Positions 25,061-38,533 of a stretch of DNA of 64,000 nucleotides are shown in pieces (within the stretch, counting starts at the first letter, position 1; each line of letters begins with the position of its first letter). Position numbers and translations under genes: made by a program. Under the pieces are notes generated by a model. It was not told the origin of the DNA. It made no database searches and worked only from the letters and a program-made list of their open reading frames with translations. The DNA comes from Octopus vulgaris (Eukaryota), in assembly GCA_951406725.2 (NCBI GenBank), contig OX597823.1, forward strand, positions 59,582,001-59,646,000, given 5' to 3'.

Positions 25061-26221
25061 TTTGGTATATAGATTGCTTATTGTTTCTCTCAGACTGACA
25101 TTAACTGTATAGATTTGTGATATTTGTATGAGTTTTAGAAAGCAGCATTTTGTGATTGTATTTTGTCCATAAACATTAACTATTTATTGTTTTCCAACAA
25201 GAAAGAATTAAGTCGTTGAGTGTAGAACTATATACAAAGACACAATTCATTATCGTGACAAGATTTAAATGCTTCACTATAGTTAGTTCTTCAACTATAG
25301 CGTCTGGTTCACGCAACCATGATTAATGTAATGCCTTATTTACTTAAATTATACTATGGCTAAAATTAAATCAACCATTGAATATAATAATGGAACACAG
25401 TTTTATATTGATGAGGGAGCCTCAGAGTAGCCACATGACCTCCTGGAAATAGCAGTCAAATCTTCCTCAAATCAAATTACCACAGGAGGGAAACGGTATT
25501 GATTAAGCTCAATTGCAGTAACAGGAAGAATCGGTGATGAATCAAGCTGAACCTACAAGGGATTCTTCAAGTGCTACTTGATCCTGCTAGTCTTAAGTAA
25601 TAAAATACTAGGTAATGCAATACTAGACTCTCCAACAATGACTTGATGGCCATGGTTAGAATCAAAAGTGAACTGGAGCTAAAAAGCAACGTAGAGTCGA
25701 TGAAACACTGTTAAATCAATAAGGAATTAATGAAATTTTATGAAGCAATCATGAAATTGAGATCATCAAGAAAGAATCTTTGGAAATGAATTATTCTTGT
25801 CGTTATTATCACATTTGATTCTCATAGTCTGAAGACACTGTTTCTCTTCTATAAATGATACACATTTTATTCAATCACTACCTAATGAAATTTCTGTTGG
25901 AGTGCTTGTAAAAAACAACTCAACTATAATTCCCTAAGGAAGCCCAGCTCTTGATACCCAGGGATAGACAAAGACAAAATTTATTTATACATATTTTATT
26001 TTCATATCCAAAATACTACCAAACATACTTATGCTGCAACACTGAATACAATAATGGCATAAAGAAAAATAAACAAATAACACAAATCAAAACATACAAC
26101 TTAATTGCTCGTAGGGACATCGTACTTTATTTTGCAATCATAATATACTACTAAATATATATTGAAAGTTTATAATCAATACTGTGTCCTACTTCTGTGT
26201 TAGCAGTGCAAGACTAACACT

Positions 26222-26856
26222 TTAAAGTTTATTTCTACAGATTTTCTATGGAATTCAGAGCCAGCATTGAAAGTTATATTTCGTATACGAATATGTCTAT
26301 GTAAACAATGTATATGTCGCAGTGTGGAAGGTGTTTATAAGCCATATAAGAAACACACAAAAACCATTAGATTCACTTCAACATTTAAATTTAATTTGTC
26401 AAAATATTTTCGTTGCTTTGTGATGAAAATTAAATTTAAATGTTGAAGTGAATCTAACGGTTTTTGTGTGTTTCTTAAATGACTTATAAACACCTTCCAC
26501 GCTGCAATTGTTTTCGTTCCAGCACACGATCTCAGATCAGGTCAATTGCTATGCAGGTACATCTCTGTAAATATATATATCAGTTATAACAAATGTGTTT
26601 TGATATGTAAGTTGGTATACCCAATTATGTCACACCACTAAATTTAGTGATATCTAAGCAATTTGTCCATGGATGGTTAATGGGTTGGATTTGGTGCTGA
26701 GGAAGAAGCAATAACTCCTGAAATATGCATATACACACACCCATTAGTATCTTTCTATCTTCGTTTGCATTGCTTACATAGACGTGTTCGTATAGGAAAC
26801 ATCATAACTTTCAGTAATTGCTCAAAATTCTGTAGAAAATCCGTAGAGAAAACTTA
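26222..26856. mobile_element. Element bounded by ~80-bp inverted repeats, with a nested inverted repeat and a hammerhead
   Basis: 26222-26303 is the reverse complement of 26774-26856. The nested insert 26305-26575 has arms 26317-26399 / 26428-26505 and matches 57060-57260. Confidence 0.7.
26694..26736 (+). ncRNA. Type I hammerhead ribozyme
   Basis: gtg-CTGAGGA-agaag caataa ctcct-GAAA-tatgcata-TA-cac. Distal stem I extension taatgggt/acccatta. Confidence 0.8.
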
Positions 26857-28244
26857 ATGTACAAGAAAGAGGTAGGAAAAAAATGAAGTGTATAGTCAAC
26901 AATTAATAGAAGAAAATCTCACAAATTCTCAAATTACTAATTTCAAATATAACAATAGAAGTAATGGTAACAAGAGAAGAAGGAAAAGGATGGTTACATG
27001 AAGTTAAATACTGTGGTCTACTCATACAGAAGTTGTCATATAAGGAGTCTTTCCTTAATGCAAAATGAACAAATGAAATGGTTAGACTTATCATGTTTAC
27101 AGTGTTGGTGAAAGTATTTTTGTGAAGCGGATCTGCATTTTTTTGTGACAGGAGACAATCCAGAAGAAAGAGAAACTTTATATATTTCTGCTTATGAAAG
27201 GATGGGAGTAGAAGATTTTGCTTCTATTTCTAGTAGGGTCAGGTAACACATAAAGCATCCTTTGTAGGTTAAACTTCTCTGGATCATAATCAAGAGAAAG
27301 TCTCTCAAATGCAATAGGTAAAAGTTAAGACACTATCTACCGTACAATCAAAGCTCAGTCAAAACAATGGTTACAATTCTCAGACATACTTCTGATTATA
27401 AATTTGTAGCACAGTACAAGGGTCAAAGAAATATACAAGAATGATGACAAGAGACATACGAAATGTCTCTCTGAATTCTTGTAGCTAATAATAGAAAAAA
27501 ATCATCATCCCCATTATCATTACCATTTCTTCTTCTTCTTCTTCTTTTTCTTCTTCTTCTTCTTCTTCTTCTTCTTCTTCTTCTTCTTCTTCTTCTTCTT
27601 CTTCTTCTTCTTCTTCTTCTTCTCATCATTATTATCCTTATTCGAGTTAGCAAAATTGTTAGTGCACTGTATGAAATGCTTAGTGGTATTTCGCCCATTG
27701 CTATGTTCTGAGGTCAAATTTCACCAAGGTTGACTTTGCCCTTCATCCTTTCAGGGTCAATAAAATAAGTACCAGTTGAACATTGGGGTTGATGACCACA
27801 GAACCAATTTTATGTAATTGTGAACGGTCCTAGACGTTCTCTTGACTCCCTCTCACCTCATGCCTTCAATCTTGACCCAATGAAACAGCCAGCATCCAAA
27901 ATGTGATAGTCAGAGGGAGACAGGGCTGCACCAGGCACACACCTGGTTACTCATTACAGCTGAGTAGACTACAGTCTTTCTACTACTGTATGCATAACTC
28001 CTGAAATTCCTGGGGAGGTGGTTAATCAATTACATAAACTTCAGTGTTCAACTATTACTTTATTTTATTGTCCCTGAAAAGATGGAAGGCAATGTCGACT
28101 TGGAAGCATTTGAACACAGAATGTCAAGCTGGAAGAAAATGTTGCAAAAAATGTTGTCCTGCATACAAACAATTCTGTCGGCTCACTGCCTAAATGATAA
28201 TAACCATAATGATGATGATGATGGTAATAATGATAATAATAATG

Positions 28245-28297
<53 letters not shown>

Positions 28298-28699
28298 TGC
28301 CTTTGCCTAGCAAGCAAAAAGTCTAATTTTCCCTCTGGGTAACAGATATGTTTAATTACTCATTGTGGCTGTCTTAACTTGGCAAATTCTTCTTTAGTTG
28401 AGCTGTGAAATGAAGCTTATATGTTGTATAACATTCTCTCATGCCATTTATGTAGGAGTTCATATATTTTTTAATATTTATTTATTTATTTATTTTGACA
28501 CTCAATGTAATGTATCCCTCGAGGTATTTAACTGGAATCTACCATATGTCCATGTATGTGATCAACAAGAAAGAAAGGAAGTAAAAAACAAAACACTAAA
28601 AGCAGTAATAATAAAACACCCCAAGAAAGCAATATATATGTGTGTGTATGTGTTTGTGTATACATGTTTATATATATATATATATACGTATATATATAC

Positions 28700-28732
<33 letters not shown>

Positions 28733-28733
28733 C

Positions 28734-28839
<106 letters not shown>

Positions 28840-28843
28840 GTGC

Positions 28844-28882
<39 letters not shown>

Positions 28883-30704
28883 GCATTAAAATAATAAATG
28901 GAAAATATTAACTGAAATAATTTCTAAGTGTCAAAGTTTACAGAGAAATATTAGCATTTGCAAAAGATGGTGAGAAATACATAGTGATACTTCAAAATAT
29001 CTGGGCTATCATTCAATAGTACTTATACATATAACATATTTTGTTTTTGTCATAGAAAATGTTGATTAAAAAACTAACTAAATAAGTAAATAGATATATA
29101 AATAAAAGAGTGTAGATATTTTCTCATTGATATGACAGCAGCATGATAGGAAAAAACAAATATGTTGATATATTTTCTTCACATTAAAAAAAATGTAACT
29201 TCTAAATTCTTTCTATTTCTGTCATAACATCAAAATGATGAGACTGATTAGTCATTTATTGCAAACTGAATAATTTCATTGTTTATTTATATATATTTTG
29301 TTTACTCATATATTTTGGATTTTGTTTTTATTGTTTATTTTCTTGTTTAGAGATAAAAAAAAATGAAACGAAATAAATGCTGTTTCCTTCTCTACATTTG
29401 ATTGTTAGTGTGTGAATGTGTGTATTTATTTGTGTTAATATATATGTGCATGTGTGCTTTTGTGCTAATATATGCCAATAAAGTGTGTATTTATGTATGT
29501 GTGATTTGTGCTAATATGGGTTTGTAGTGTGTGTATTTATGCGAGTATATGCATGTATGTATATGCGTTAAAAGTTTATTTTTTGTTTTTTGTCTTCTGA
29601 CCAGAAGTTATGTACCACATCATTATGCATTTTTAGACTCCCTAGAGATAAAATAATGATTCCAGTACACAAGAATAAATTTCCCTTGCTTTGAGATCAT
29701 GACAAACTTAAGTTTGATTCCCAGGACACTGATAGAATATTTAAGCTCACTAGCATGCAAGTGAAGAAGGAACAAAACAAAACACTGCAAAAAAAAAAAC
29801 CCCCACAAAAAATAAGCATTACAATAAATAAATGTTTGTAAGTAAATAAATACAAACATGATATAGGAACTAATGATAAGCATAAGTCAAAGCTATTTGT
29901 AAAACTTCTAGTCAGATTTCCCCATTAAGAGAAATTAATAATAATACTAATACCAATACAAATAATGATGATGATGGTGATGATGATGAGAACAACGCCG
30001 ATGATAGCAATAGCAACAATAATGAATTTTTTAAAAACTTAAAATTTACCTTGTTTATTTAATGATAGTATATATTTTGTTATAAAATATTTAAAAGTTT
30101 AATTTTTCTAGAGAAAAAAAATAAATAAAATGTTGAAATGCATCTTTTTCTCTGTTTTTCGTTTTTTTTCTTTTACATTTACTTTTTTTTTTTTACCCTC
30201 TTTATAAATTCTGAAAGCTATTATTGCTGTCGAATTCTTCTTTAATTGAACTAAATTAAAATTTATGCTGAACTCTTAATGCAAATAAGTAAATAAGAGC
30301 ACTTTTAGCTGTATAGACAACCATGATACCATGTGAGTTGCTAAGTGAAAAAGAATGTAAAAAAAACAAAACTGATGAACTTATACATTGTTCACTTCAG
30401 ATGGAAAGTTTAACTATTGTTCATTTGGCATTATTTAACAAAGCTCTTTCACAATGCCTTTCTTTTATTATTTCACTTGTTTCAATAACTGGGCTGTAAC
30501 CATGCTGGGACTCAGCTCTGAAGGATCTTTTGTAGTCAATCAACTCAACCTTAGTACTTATTTCAAGTCTAATCTAATTAAATCTATCTTTTCCCTTTTG
30601 CCAGAATGCTTAGTTATGGCCATTTAAACGAACATACACTGCACAATACAAGCAGTATAAGAAAAGCACAAACATGTACCTGCTCACACACACAAACATA
30701 CACA

Positions 30705-30768
<64 letters not shown>

Positions 30769-30929
30769 GTATATATGTATATAAATTAGAGAAGAACCAC
30801 ACTGTAGCAATTCAACAATGATATAATTAAATCATACCATATAGAAAAAGAATTAAAGATACGATAAAACATTTACCTAGAACTAAATAAAGTATGAAAT
30901 AATAAATAAATAGTATATGATTAGTAAAT

Positions 30930-31012
30930 AGACTACACGTGTTTCGTGGCTATATTTTCAAACTGATAGCAGTAAAATCAATTCAATTTAAATATAGTCA
31001 TTCATCAGGTCC
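30930..31012 (-). ncRNA. Type I hammerhead ribozyme with extended stem II
   Basis: Minus strand: ggac-CTGATGA-atgactatattt...aaatatagccac-GAAA-cacgtg-TA-gtct. Confidence 0.8.
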
Positions 31013-31067
31013 AAGATAAAAATATATATGAGTTCTGTTTTTTGGGGGGATCACCCTGTATAAATAC

Positions 31068-31130
<63 letters not shown>

Positions 31131-31136
<6 letters not shown>

Positions 31137-31652
31137 GACCCCCAAAACAACAGAACTCATATATATTTTTATCAAATCCTAACTAAGGTATTGCAAATTT
31201 CTTGAAATTTGCTTGACTAAAACTTCGGTCTGTGTATGATCATTCCCTTTGCCTAAAAGTCGTGTTCTTTTCAAAATATGCTCCAAATGGCATATGTCAC
31301 GCAAAATTGTCAATTACTTGAACACATTCCTCTTTGGGGATTTCCCTGATTTCTCCTGTGATTGCTGCCTTCAGTTCACCTATCGTTTGAGGTTTGTTCT
31401 GGTAAACATTACCTTGAGATACCACAACTGATAAAAATCTAGGCTGGGTTCAAGTCCAGTAAATGCGGTGCCCACTCAATGTCACACTTTCTGCCGTTCA
31501 ATCTCACCTGAAATCGCTCTTTCAGCCAGGCTAGAGAGTCATTTGAAGTGTGCGTGGTGGGGGTGGCTCTTGTCTTGCTGGAACCACCGGTCATTTCGAT
31601 CTAACCCTCTGCATCGTTTTATTGTGTGTTCTGTTTTTTGGGATCACCCTGT
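31131..31652 (-). mobile_element. Tc1/mariner-superfamily deletion derivative
   Basis: TIRs (c)agggtgaYcccaaaa..cagaac at both ends. Minus-strand relic EWAPHLLDLNP resembles WPPRSPDLNP. A further inverted end copy lies at 31015-31060. Confidence 0.75.
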
Positions 31653-31655
31653 ATA

Positions 31656-32032
31656 TCTATTATATAAAGTCCATTCTGTCTGTCTGTGTGTCTTCTTAGG
31701 CTCTTGGACATCCTCCATCCGATTGCACCCAAATTTGATATGTAAATACCGACGGTATCAGGGCGTGTATAAGTCTTGAAAAAAATTACAAAAATCGATT
31801 CCAGGTGAGAATGCGATTGATAAAGCCGTGGGTACGTGCATTTGTAAAATCGTTTTTCTTGGAATGGAAAAAAGTCTATCTTTATTTCTTCTTTTGCCGG
31901 AGTCTCAAATTTAGATTAAATCAGTGTTTCTAAAAAGGAAGGCCTATGGGACGGTCGGACAAGTTGTTTTGTGAGAATTTGGTTTAAATGTTTGACAGCT
32001 CAGCACCGTCCATTGGATGGGGGAGCATTTTG

Positions 32033-32035
<3 letters not shown>
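31656..32035 (+). mobile_element. Possible non-autonomous Helitron-like repeat fragment
   Basis: Starts TCTATTATATAAAG followed by a (TGTC)n tract, as in Lep1/DINE-type elements. No 3' hairpin seen. Confidence 0.35.
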
Positions 32036-32081
<46 letters not shown>

Positions 32082-32218
32082 TTATATGTATTCATATATA
32101 TATATATATATTTATATGTGTGTATATATAGATATATATATATATACATATATATACATATACATAGAAGTAATGTTTACTGCTACTTAAACACGGCTGT
32201 TCTGTTACTACCATTTCG

Positions 32219-32380
32219 GCACCTGATATAAATTGCAACAAGCAGGGGAGTGAACCCCTGTGGGTGTCCACCACTAAGAATGAACACAAATAGCTCGAAA
32301 CCTGACAGTTTGGTTTTCCTGTCATAATTGCTAGAAGATGATAGTGGTTCACTCCCCTGCCTGCAATATATATCAGATGC
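32219..32380. repeat. MITE-like inverted repeat
   Basis: gcacctgatataaattgca..gcaggggagtgaacc versus ggttcactcccctgcctgcaatatatatcagatgc. Confidence 0.7.
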
Positions 32381-33059
32381 AGATTGCATTGATAACCAGC
32401 TGGAGGAGGATTCCTGCTGGGGTTAAAAGCAGTATATATATATGGAACAGCCATGTTGAAGTGGTGATAAACATTACTTCTCAGTATAGTTACTACTTTT
32501 ATCTCTTATATAGATTTTCTAACTAGCTACTTTGCTTATATTTGCTTATACATACATACATACATAAATACAGACAGACAGATAGACAGACAGACAGACA
32601 GACATATATGTATGTATGCGCAAGTGAGTGGTGTGTGTGTGTATAGTTGGGTGGGTGTATAATAGGCTTCCAACAGATTCCATCTGCCAAATTTCTTTGC
32701 AAAGCATAAACATCCCGGAGCCATAGAAGAAGAAACTTGCCCAAGGCATCTTGCTGAAGGATTTGAACTTAAAACAACATTGTTGCACAGCAAAAACTTC
32801 CTAACCCCACAGCCATGTCTACACGTTCAAATTCTGTCATTATCATATGTAATTTTTACCTTAATATTTTAAAGAAACCTTTACAATTGTTTGCTGTCAT
32901 TCCAATCATGACCACCCAAGTGCTACGCAATCCAGTGTGTCCTTCCTTTAATAAGACAGTATGATGTCATTTCAGGGAGAGTGGCTTGCTTTTTCTAGCT
33001 GGTGAATAAACTACATAATCACTCTTTTATTAATTTAGGTTGTTTATATGCCTGTATTG

Positions 33060-33385
33060 AAGGCGCATGGCTCAGTTGTTCGAGCATCGGGCTTACAATC
33101 ATGAAATAGTGAGTTCGATTCTCAGACTGAGCAAGGCATTTTATTTCACTCAGCTGCTGTTCAATCAGCTGTAGAAATGAATTGTGATGTCACTGGTGCT
33201 AAGTTGTATCGGTCTTTGCCTTTCCCTTGGATAGCATTTGTGGCATGGAGAGGGGGAGTCTGGTATGCATGGGTGACTGCTGGTCTTCGATAAACAACCT
33301 TGTCCAGACTTGTGCCTCGGAGGGGAACTTTCTAGGTGCAATCCCATGGTCATTCATAACTGAAGTGGGATCTTTACCTATTACC
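33060..33385 (+). mobile_element. tRNA-derived SINE, family D
   Basis: Homologous to 8572-8907. Confidence 0.85.
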
Positions 33386-33636
33386 CTTAAGTGTTTAGAG
33401 AAATTGTCAAATGGACCAAAGCTTTCAAGGAGTTAATACACATTATTTCTAAGTATGTAGTCCAAGAGAATCCCAAGACAACGTCTTCAACAATATAACA
33501 ATATTAAATGTGTATAAAAGGATAAATAACAGATGAAACACAGTTGAATGTTTAAATGGTATACATACATACATGTATACATACATATATGCATACACAC
33601 ATACATGTATACATACATACATACATACATACATTC

Positions 33637-33667
<31 letters not shown>

Positions 33668-33739
33668 CATACATACATACATACATACATACATACATAC
33701 ATACATACATACATACATACATACATGCATGCATGCATA

Positions 33740-34720
33740 CATATAATGATTTGGGATAGAGAAGAGAATCTGTGAACAGTTGTTAAAATTAGCTGCCCAG
33801 CAGATGATAACATAAAGCTGAAGATCAGTGAAAAAGAGAATACCTACGCTGAACTATTGAGAAATCTGCAGTTACTCTACCCAGATTACAAGTTCAGGTT
33901 TATACCTGTAATTATTGGGGGCCCTGTGATATGTAACACACTGCCTAAACACCAGTCTTGAGAAGTTAGGTTTCTCAAAACCAGAAAGGAGAAAGATAAT
34001 TCGAAGACTACAGATCCAATCCATCACTGGAACTGTAAAAAAATCAGAAAAACTTTCCAGAAGTTTATCATTTAAATATATGAGTATGTCTAGATATTCA
34101 AATATATGTATGAGAATACACACATAGAGCAAAACATACAAACCTGCACACATACATACATACATGCATACATACGTACGTACATACATACATACATACA
34201 AACATGCATACATACATATATACATACATACAAACATACATACATACATACATACATGAATACATACATACATACATGAATACATGCATACATACATGAA
34301 TACATGCATACATATGTACGTACATACATACATACATACATACATACATACATACGTACGTACATACATACATACATACATACATACATACATACATACA
34401 TGAATACATACATACATACATGAATACATGCATACATATGTACGTACATACATACATACATACATACATACATACATACATACGTACGTACATACATACA
34501 TACATACATGAATACATACATGAATACATGCATACATACATGAATACATGCATACATACATACATACATACATACATACATACATACATACATACATACA
34601 TGCATACAAAAATACCTTGTTGATGCTGAAATTCCACAGAAGGAGACCTGAATCTAGGTTAGAGACCGGCTCATTCTCTATTTTCAAGAAATCATGAAAT
34701 AAAACTGAACAATGACATAC
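33740..34720 (+). mobile_element. 3' end of a restriction-like-endonuclease non-LTR retrotransposon in (TACA)n
   Basis: MIWDREENL*TVVKISCPADDNIKLKISEKENTYAELLRNLQLLYPDYKFRFIPVIIG. The 3'UTR contains an expanded (TACA)n tract. Confidence 0.8.
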
Positions 34721-35469
34721 ATACCATTCCATTGTTTATGTATTTATATGCATATAGTTTATTAATGCATACATACATGTTTTTTAAAATAACTTTTTAA
34801 TTCGGTACATTGTTTTCCTATATTTGTCATGCTTTTTTTGGTAAATTTTTTTCATACTTTCATGCGACAGTTTTATATGTTAATCTCCTCTACTTTTCTT
34901 TTGAATGTTACTGTTCTGTATTTTATATTCCATTGTTTTATCATTTATTTACATTTGCTCTGTTTTACATTTTTCGCCTGTTTTTTTTTTTTTTTTCATT
35001 CATTTACATTTGTACACTTTTTTCACGCAGCAGTTTTATGCGTGGTAATATTCTCTGCCTTTGTTCTGACTGTTACCGAAATTTACTTATCTTGGCTGTC
35101 ACGCCTAATTATGTAGTTTTTAGTTCTTCTTTTATTTTCTACATCTTTTACTATCTATTCTATACCAAAGTTCTGGTTTTATTGCTTCACTTCTAAGACA
35201 CCTTATCTTCCCTGTTTTCTTTTGCCCTCTCCGTCTCTCCTTTCCCCATATACCTAGATTCCATGATCATTCTTCCTTTGGACATGTATCTAAGGATTAC
35301 ATTGTCCAATTTGTCCATCTTTTTTTTTAATGCGATATGGTGTGAGTTGAGAGATTTGTCTGTTATTTCCTGTAGACCTATCAATGACACAGCAGCTCTT
35401 TTATTGTCACTGAATACCACCTAACGGTACATATTTTTCAGTTTGCTCTCTCTATTTCTCTATCTCACC

Positions 35470-35513
<44 letters not shown>

Positions 35514-35705
35514 CAATCCATTACCTTCTCTTTCATCTTTGGCTAATCCTATTTCTCCTTACTAAGCTGGAATTGCTAATTTATTTTACATTTCCCTAAC
35601 AAAGAACCCTATTCAGAAGTTTCTGGCTCTTTCAGTCATGTTTCCATGAATATAACTGTTTCTTGATCCATTATCTCAACAATTTTCTCAACAATTACCA
35701 TTACT

Positions 35706-35761
<56 letters not shown>

Positions 35762-35779
35762 CATCATCATCATTTCTTT

Positions 35780-36420
35780 TTATCACAGGTTTTGTTGGAA
35801 CTCCTGGAGTCTTGCATACATATCAGGCTTGTTACCTGCAACATATGGTACCATACTATCCGTTCTTTTCAGCTATCTAATACTTTCCTGATTATCCTGG
35901 CCATGCCAAGGAGACAAACCTTTTGTAACAGTTCTAATGGGCACTCTATTTCAATTTCCTTTATATTCCTCTTGATGCCTTCTGATGCTGTCCCCAAGGA
36001 CCCAGCAATAATTGGGTTGAATTTATCTATTTTTTTGCCTTCCTTCTTGAATATTCATGGATCAAAGGGACATCAACTATAAAGCCCATGTGGTGCTTCT
36101 TGTCAACCAACCACCACTAGATCTGGTCTGTTATACTCTAGCACCAGATCTGTTTGGATTGGGAAATCCCAGAGGATTTTGCTAGTCACTGACTTCACCT
36201 CTCTCTGTGGTTTGTGCTCATACCACATCTTGCCTCTCTCTATCCCCCACTTTTCACACAGTTTCCAATTTTGCTACCTGATCCTGTCACCGCAAGTTGT
36301 GGTTTTGGGCAAGTCTAAGGCATTCGTTTGTAATATGGGCAATGGTTTCATCCACTCTATTACTGATGCAGCACAATGGAGACACTTGCCCGTTCTTAAG
36401 GTTGACCAAAGCTTGGTCTT
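35780..36420 (-). mobile_element. Degraded R4/Dong-like 3' fragment
   Basis: WYEHKP...KILWDFPIQTDLVLEYNRPDLVVVDK...LLQKVCLLGMARIIRKVLDS*. Confidence 0.85.
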
Positions 36421-36494
36421 GCACTACCAGTATAGTGCTCTTGGTCTCTTTTTTTAATTCTTCTTCTTCTTCTTCTTATTATTATTATTATCAT

Positions 36495-37585
36495 TCATAT
36501 ACACACAACAGATTAGACTATTGGAAGAGAAAAATTCCTAACATCAGGTTACAGCAAGTAACCTTAGATGCCAAGAATCTTCCTAAGTATCTTAGCTGTC
36601 CTTAATAACACTGTTTTCTGGAGCTGTACTAAACTGGGTTTTATGCCTATTTCCTCTATCCGTCTGCTCAAATATTTAGTGATAGTTTCCATTGCACCTA
36701 TAACTCCTGGGATACATTTTACCCACACTTTCATAGTCTCTGTAATTAAATGGATAGGTCCCAGTACTTTGTTATTTTTTCTATGCCTCTCATATTGATT
36801 TTTTCCTCATTTGGGACTGTAAAGTCAATTATCTGGCACTTTCTATTCTCGTTATCTCCTACTGTTAAATCGGGCCTTCTAGCTTCTATTACTCTATCGG
36901 TCTGAATGTTAAAGTCCCACAACTTCTTGTATTTCTTACTTTGTAGTACTTTACTAGGTTCATGTTCATACAGTTTAAGAGTATGTTCAAATCCTAGCTT
37001 TCTACATTACTCCCAGTGGATTACTCTCCCTAAGTTGTCATATCTTTTCTTGTGTTCTTTCTGTGCCAACATGCTACATTCACTTACTATATGAGTAACA
37101 TCTTCCTCTTTTGATTTGCATAAGCTACATAAGAAATCTACTTGGTTTATGTTTATCATGGTTTTTATCCAATTAGTCCTTAATGTTTGATTTTGTGCTG
37201 CTACTAACAAACTCTCTGTCTCCCTTTTCAATGTGCCTTTCTGCAACCATAACCATGTCTCACTACTACTATTTGCTGCAACTATCTTTGTGAATCTACC
37301 ATGCAAAGCCTTCTCCTGCCAATCAGATAACTTCTTTTCATATTTTTTGTTTTTAACTTCATTTGTTTTTTGTTTTCCTATGTCTTGTTGTGACTCTAGC
37401 AGCTTTTAATAAACTTCCTTCACCATTACCTACATAGGATTCTATATCTACTCTAGCTAACTCCACACAGTCTTCTACTGATATCAACCTTCTTCAGCCT
37501 TTCTTTCTAGATAAGTATTATCTTGTTACTCCTACTTTTGGGTGGAGTCCTCCATTCAAATTGAATTCCTTCCTAGTTTTTCTAG
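36495..37585 (-). mobile_element. Degraded R4/Dong-like 3' fragment (second family)
   Basis: LHGRF...TWLWLQKGTLKRETESLLVAAQNQTLRTN...CSLCKSKEEDVTHIVSECSMLAQKEHKKRYD...LQKTVLLRTAKILRKIL. Confidence 0.88.
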
Positions 37586-37599
37586 TTCTTCTTCTTCTT

Positions 37600-37630
<31 letters not shown>

Positions 37631-37643
37631 TTATTATTATTAT

Positions 37644-37684
<41 letters not shown>

Positions 37685-37699
37685 ATAGTAGTAGTATTC

Positions 37700-37995
37700 A
37701 GTCGTCTTATTTTTATCACATGGTTTGACTGCACTACTGAGTGCAGCTCTGTGTGCCTTGAATATGTGCTGTGGATTATTGTGAATCTCTTACTTTTACT
37801 GTAGTGAAAGTGTTTTACATAGGATGTGTGTGGTAACTAGTAGTGATATTTTCTGTATGTTTTATATATTTGTTAGTTCTGGTGCTTTTGTAATGTATTT
37901 GTCTGAACATTTTTTTTATCATACATAATGCGCCTACTATGATAGGAATTGTTTCTGTTTTTAGACTCCATGTTTGAGTTACCTCAATTTCTAGG

Positions 37996-38036
<41 letters not shown>

Positions 38037-38059
38037 ATCATCATCATTATTACTACTCC

Positions 38060-38113
<54 letters not shown>

Positions 38114-38260
38114 CATTATTATTATCATTATTATTAAACTTTAAGATGCCACATCTGTATTTCAATTTCCAGTTCCTTATATTTTACTAAGTTTGTCAAA
38201 TTCCTTTACATTTTTATCAGTGGGAAAACTTACATCTATTAGTCTACAAGTATTTTCTTC
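37700..38260 (-). mobile_element. Two short R4/Dong-like fragments separated by (TAA)n
   Basis: DLEIEVTQTWSLKTETIPIIVGAL at 37815-38000. 38135-38260 matches 12543-12670. Confidence 0.8.
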
Positions 38261-38492
38261 TTCTTCTTCTTATTATTATTATTATCATTATTATAAGGTG
38301 GCAAGCTGGCAGAATCATTATCACGCAGTAAATCCCCTGTCATTACATTCTGAGTTCAAATTCTGACAAGGTCAATTTTTGCCTTTCGTCCTTTTGGGGT
38401 CGATAACTTAAGTATCAGTGAAACACTGGGGTCAATGTAATTGACTAGTCCTCTGCCCTAAAACTTCAGGCCTTGTGCCTTTAGCAGAATGG

Positions 38493-38533
<41 letters not shown>

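Noticed and set aside
25481-25552. 72-nt in-frame minus-strand exon candidate (VQLDSSPILPVTAIELNQYRFPPV)
   Set aside because: Weak splice sites, donor adjacent to a dispersed repeat, no homology recognised.
32272-32310. ctaagaa...gctc-GAAA-cctg inside the MITE-like repeat as a hammerhead
   Set aside because: Two core Gs are missing and there is no consistent stem I or UH.
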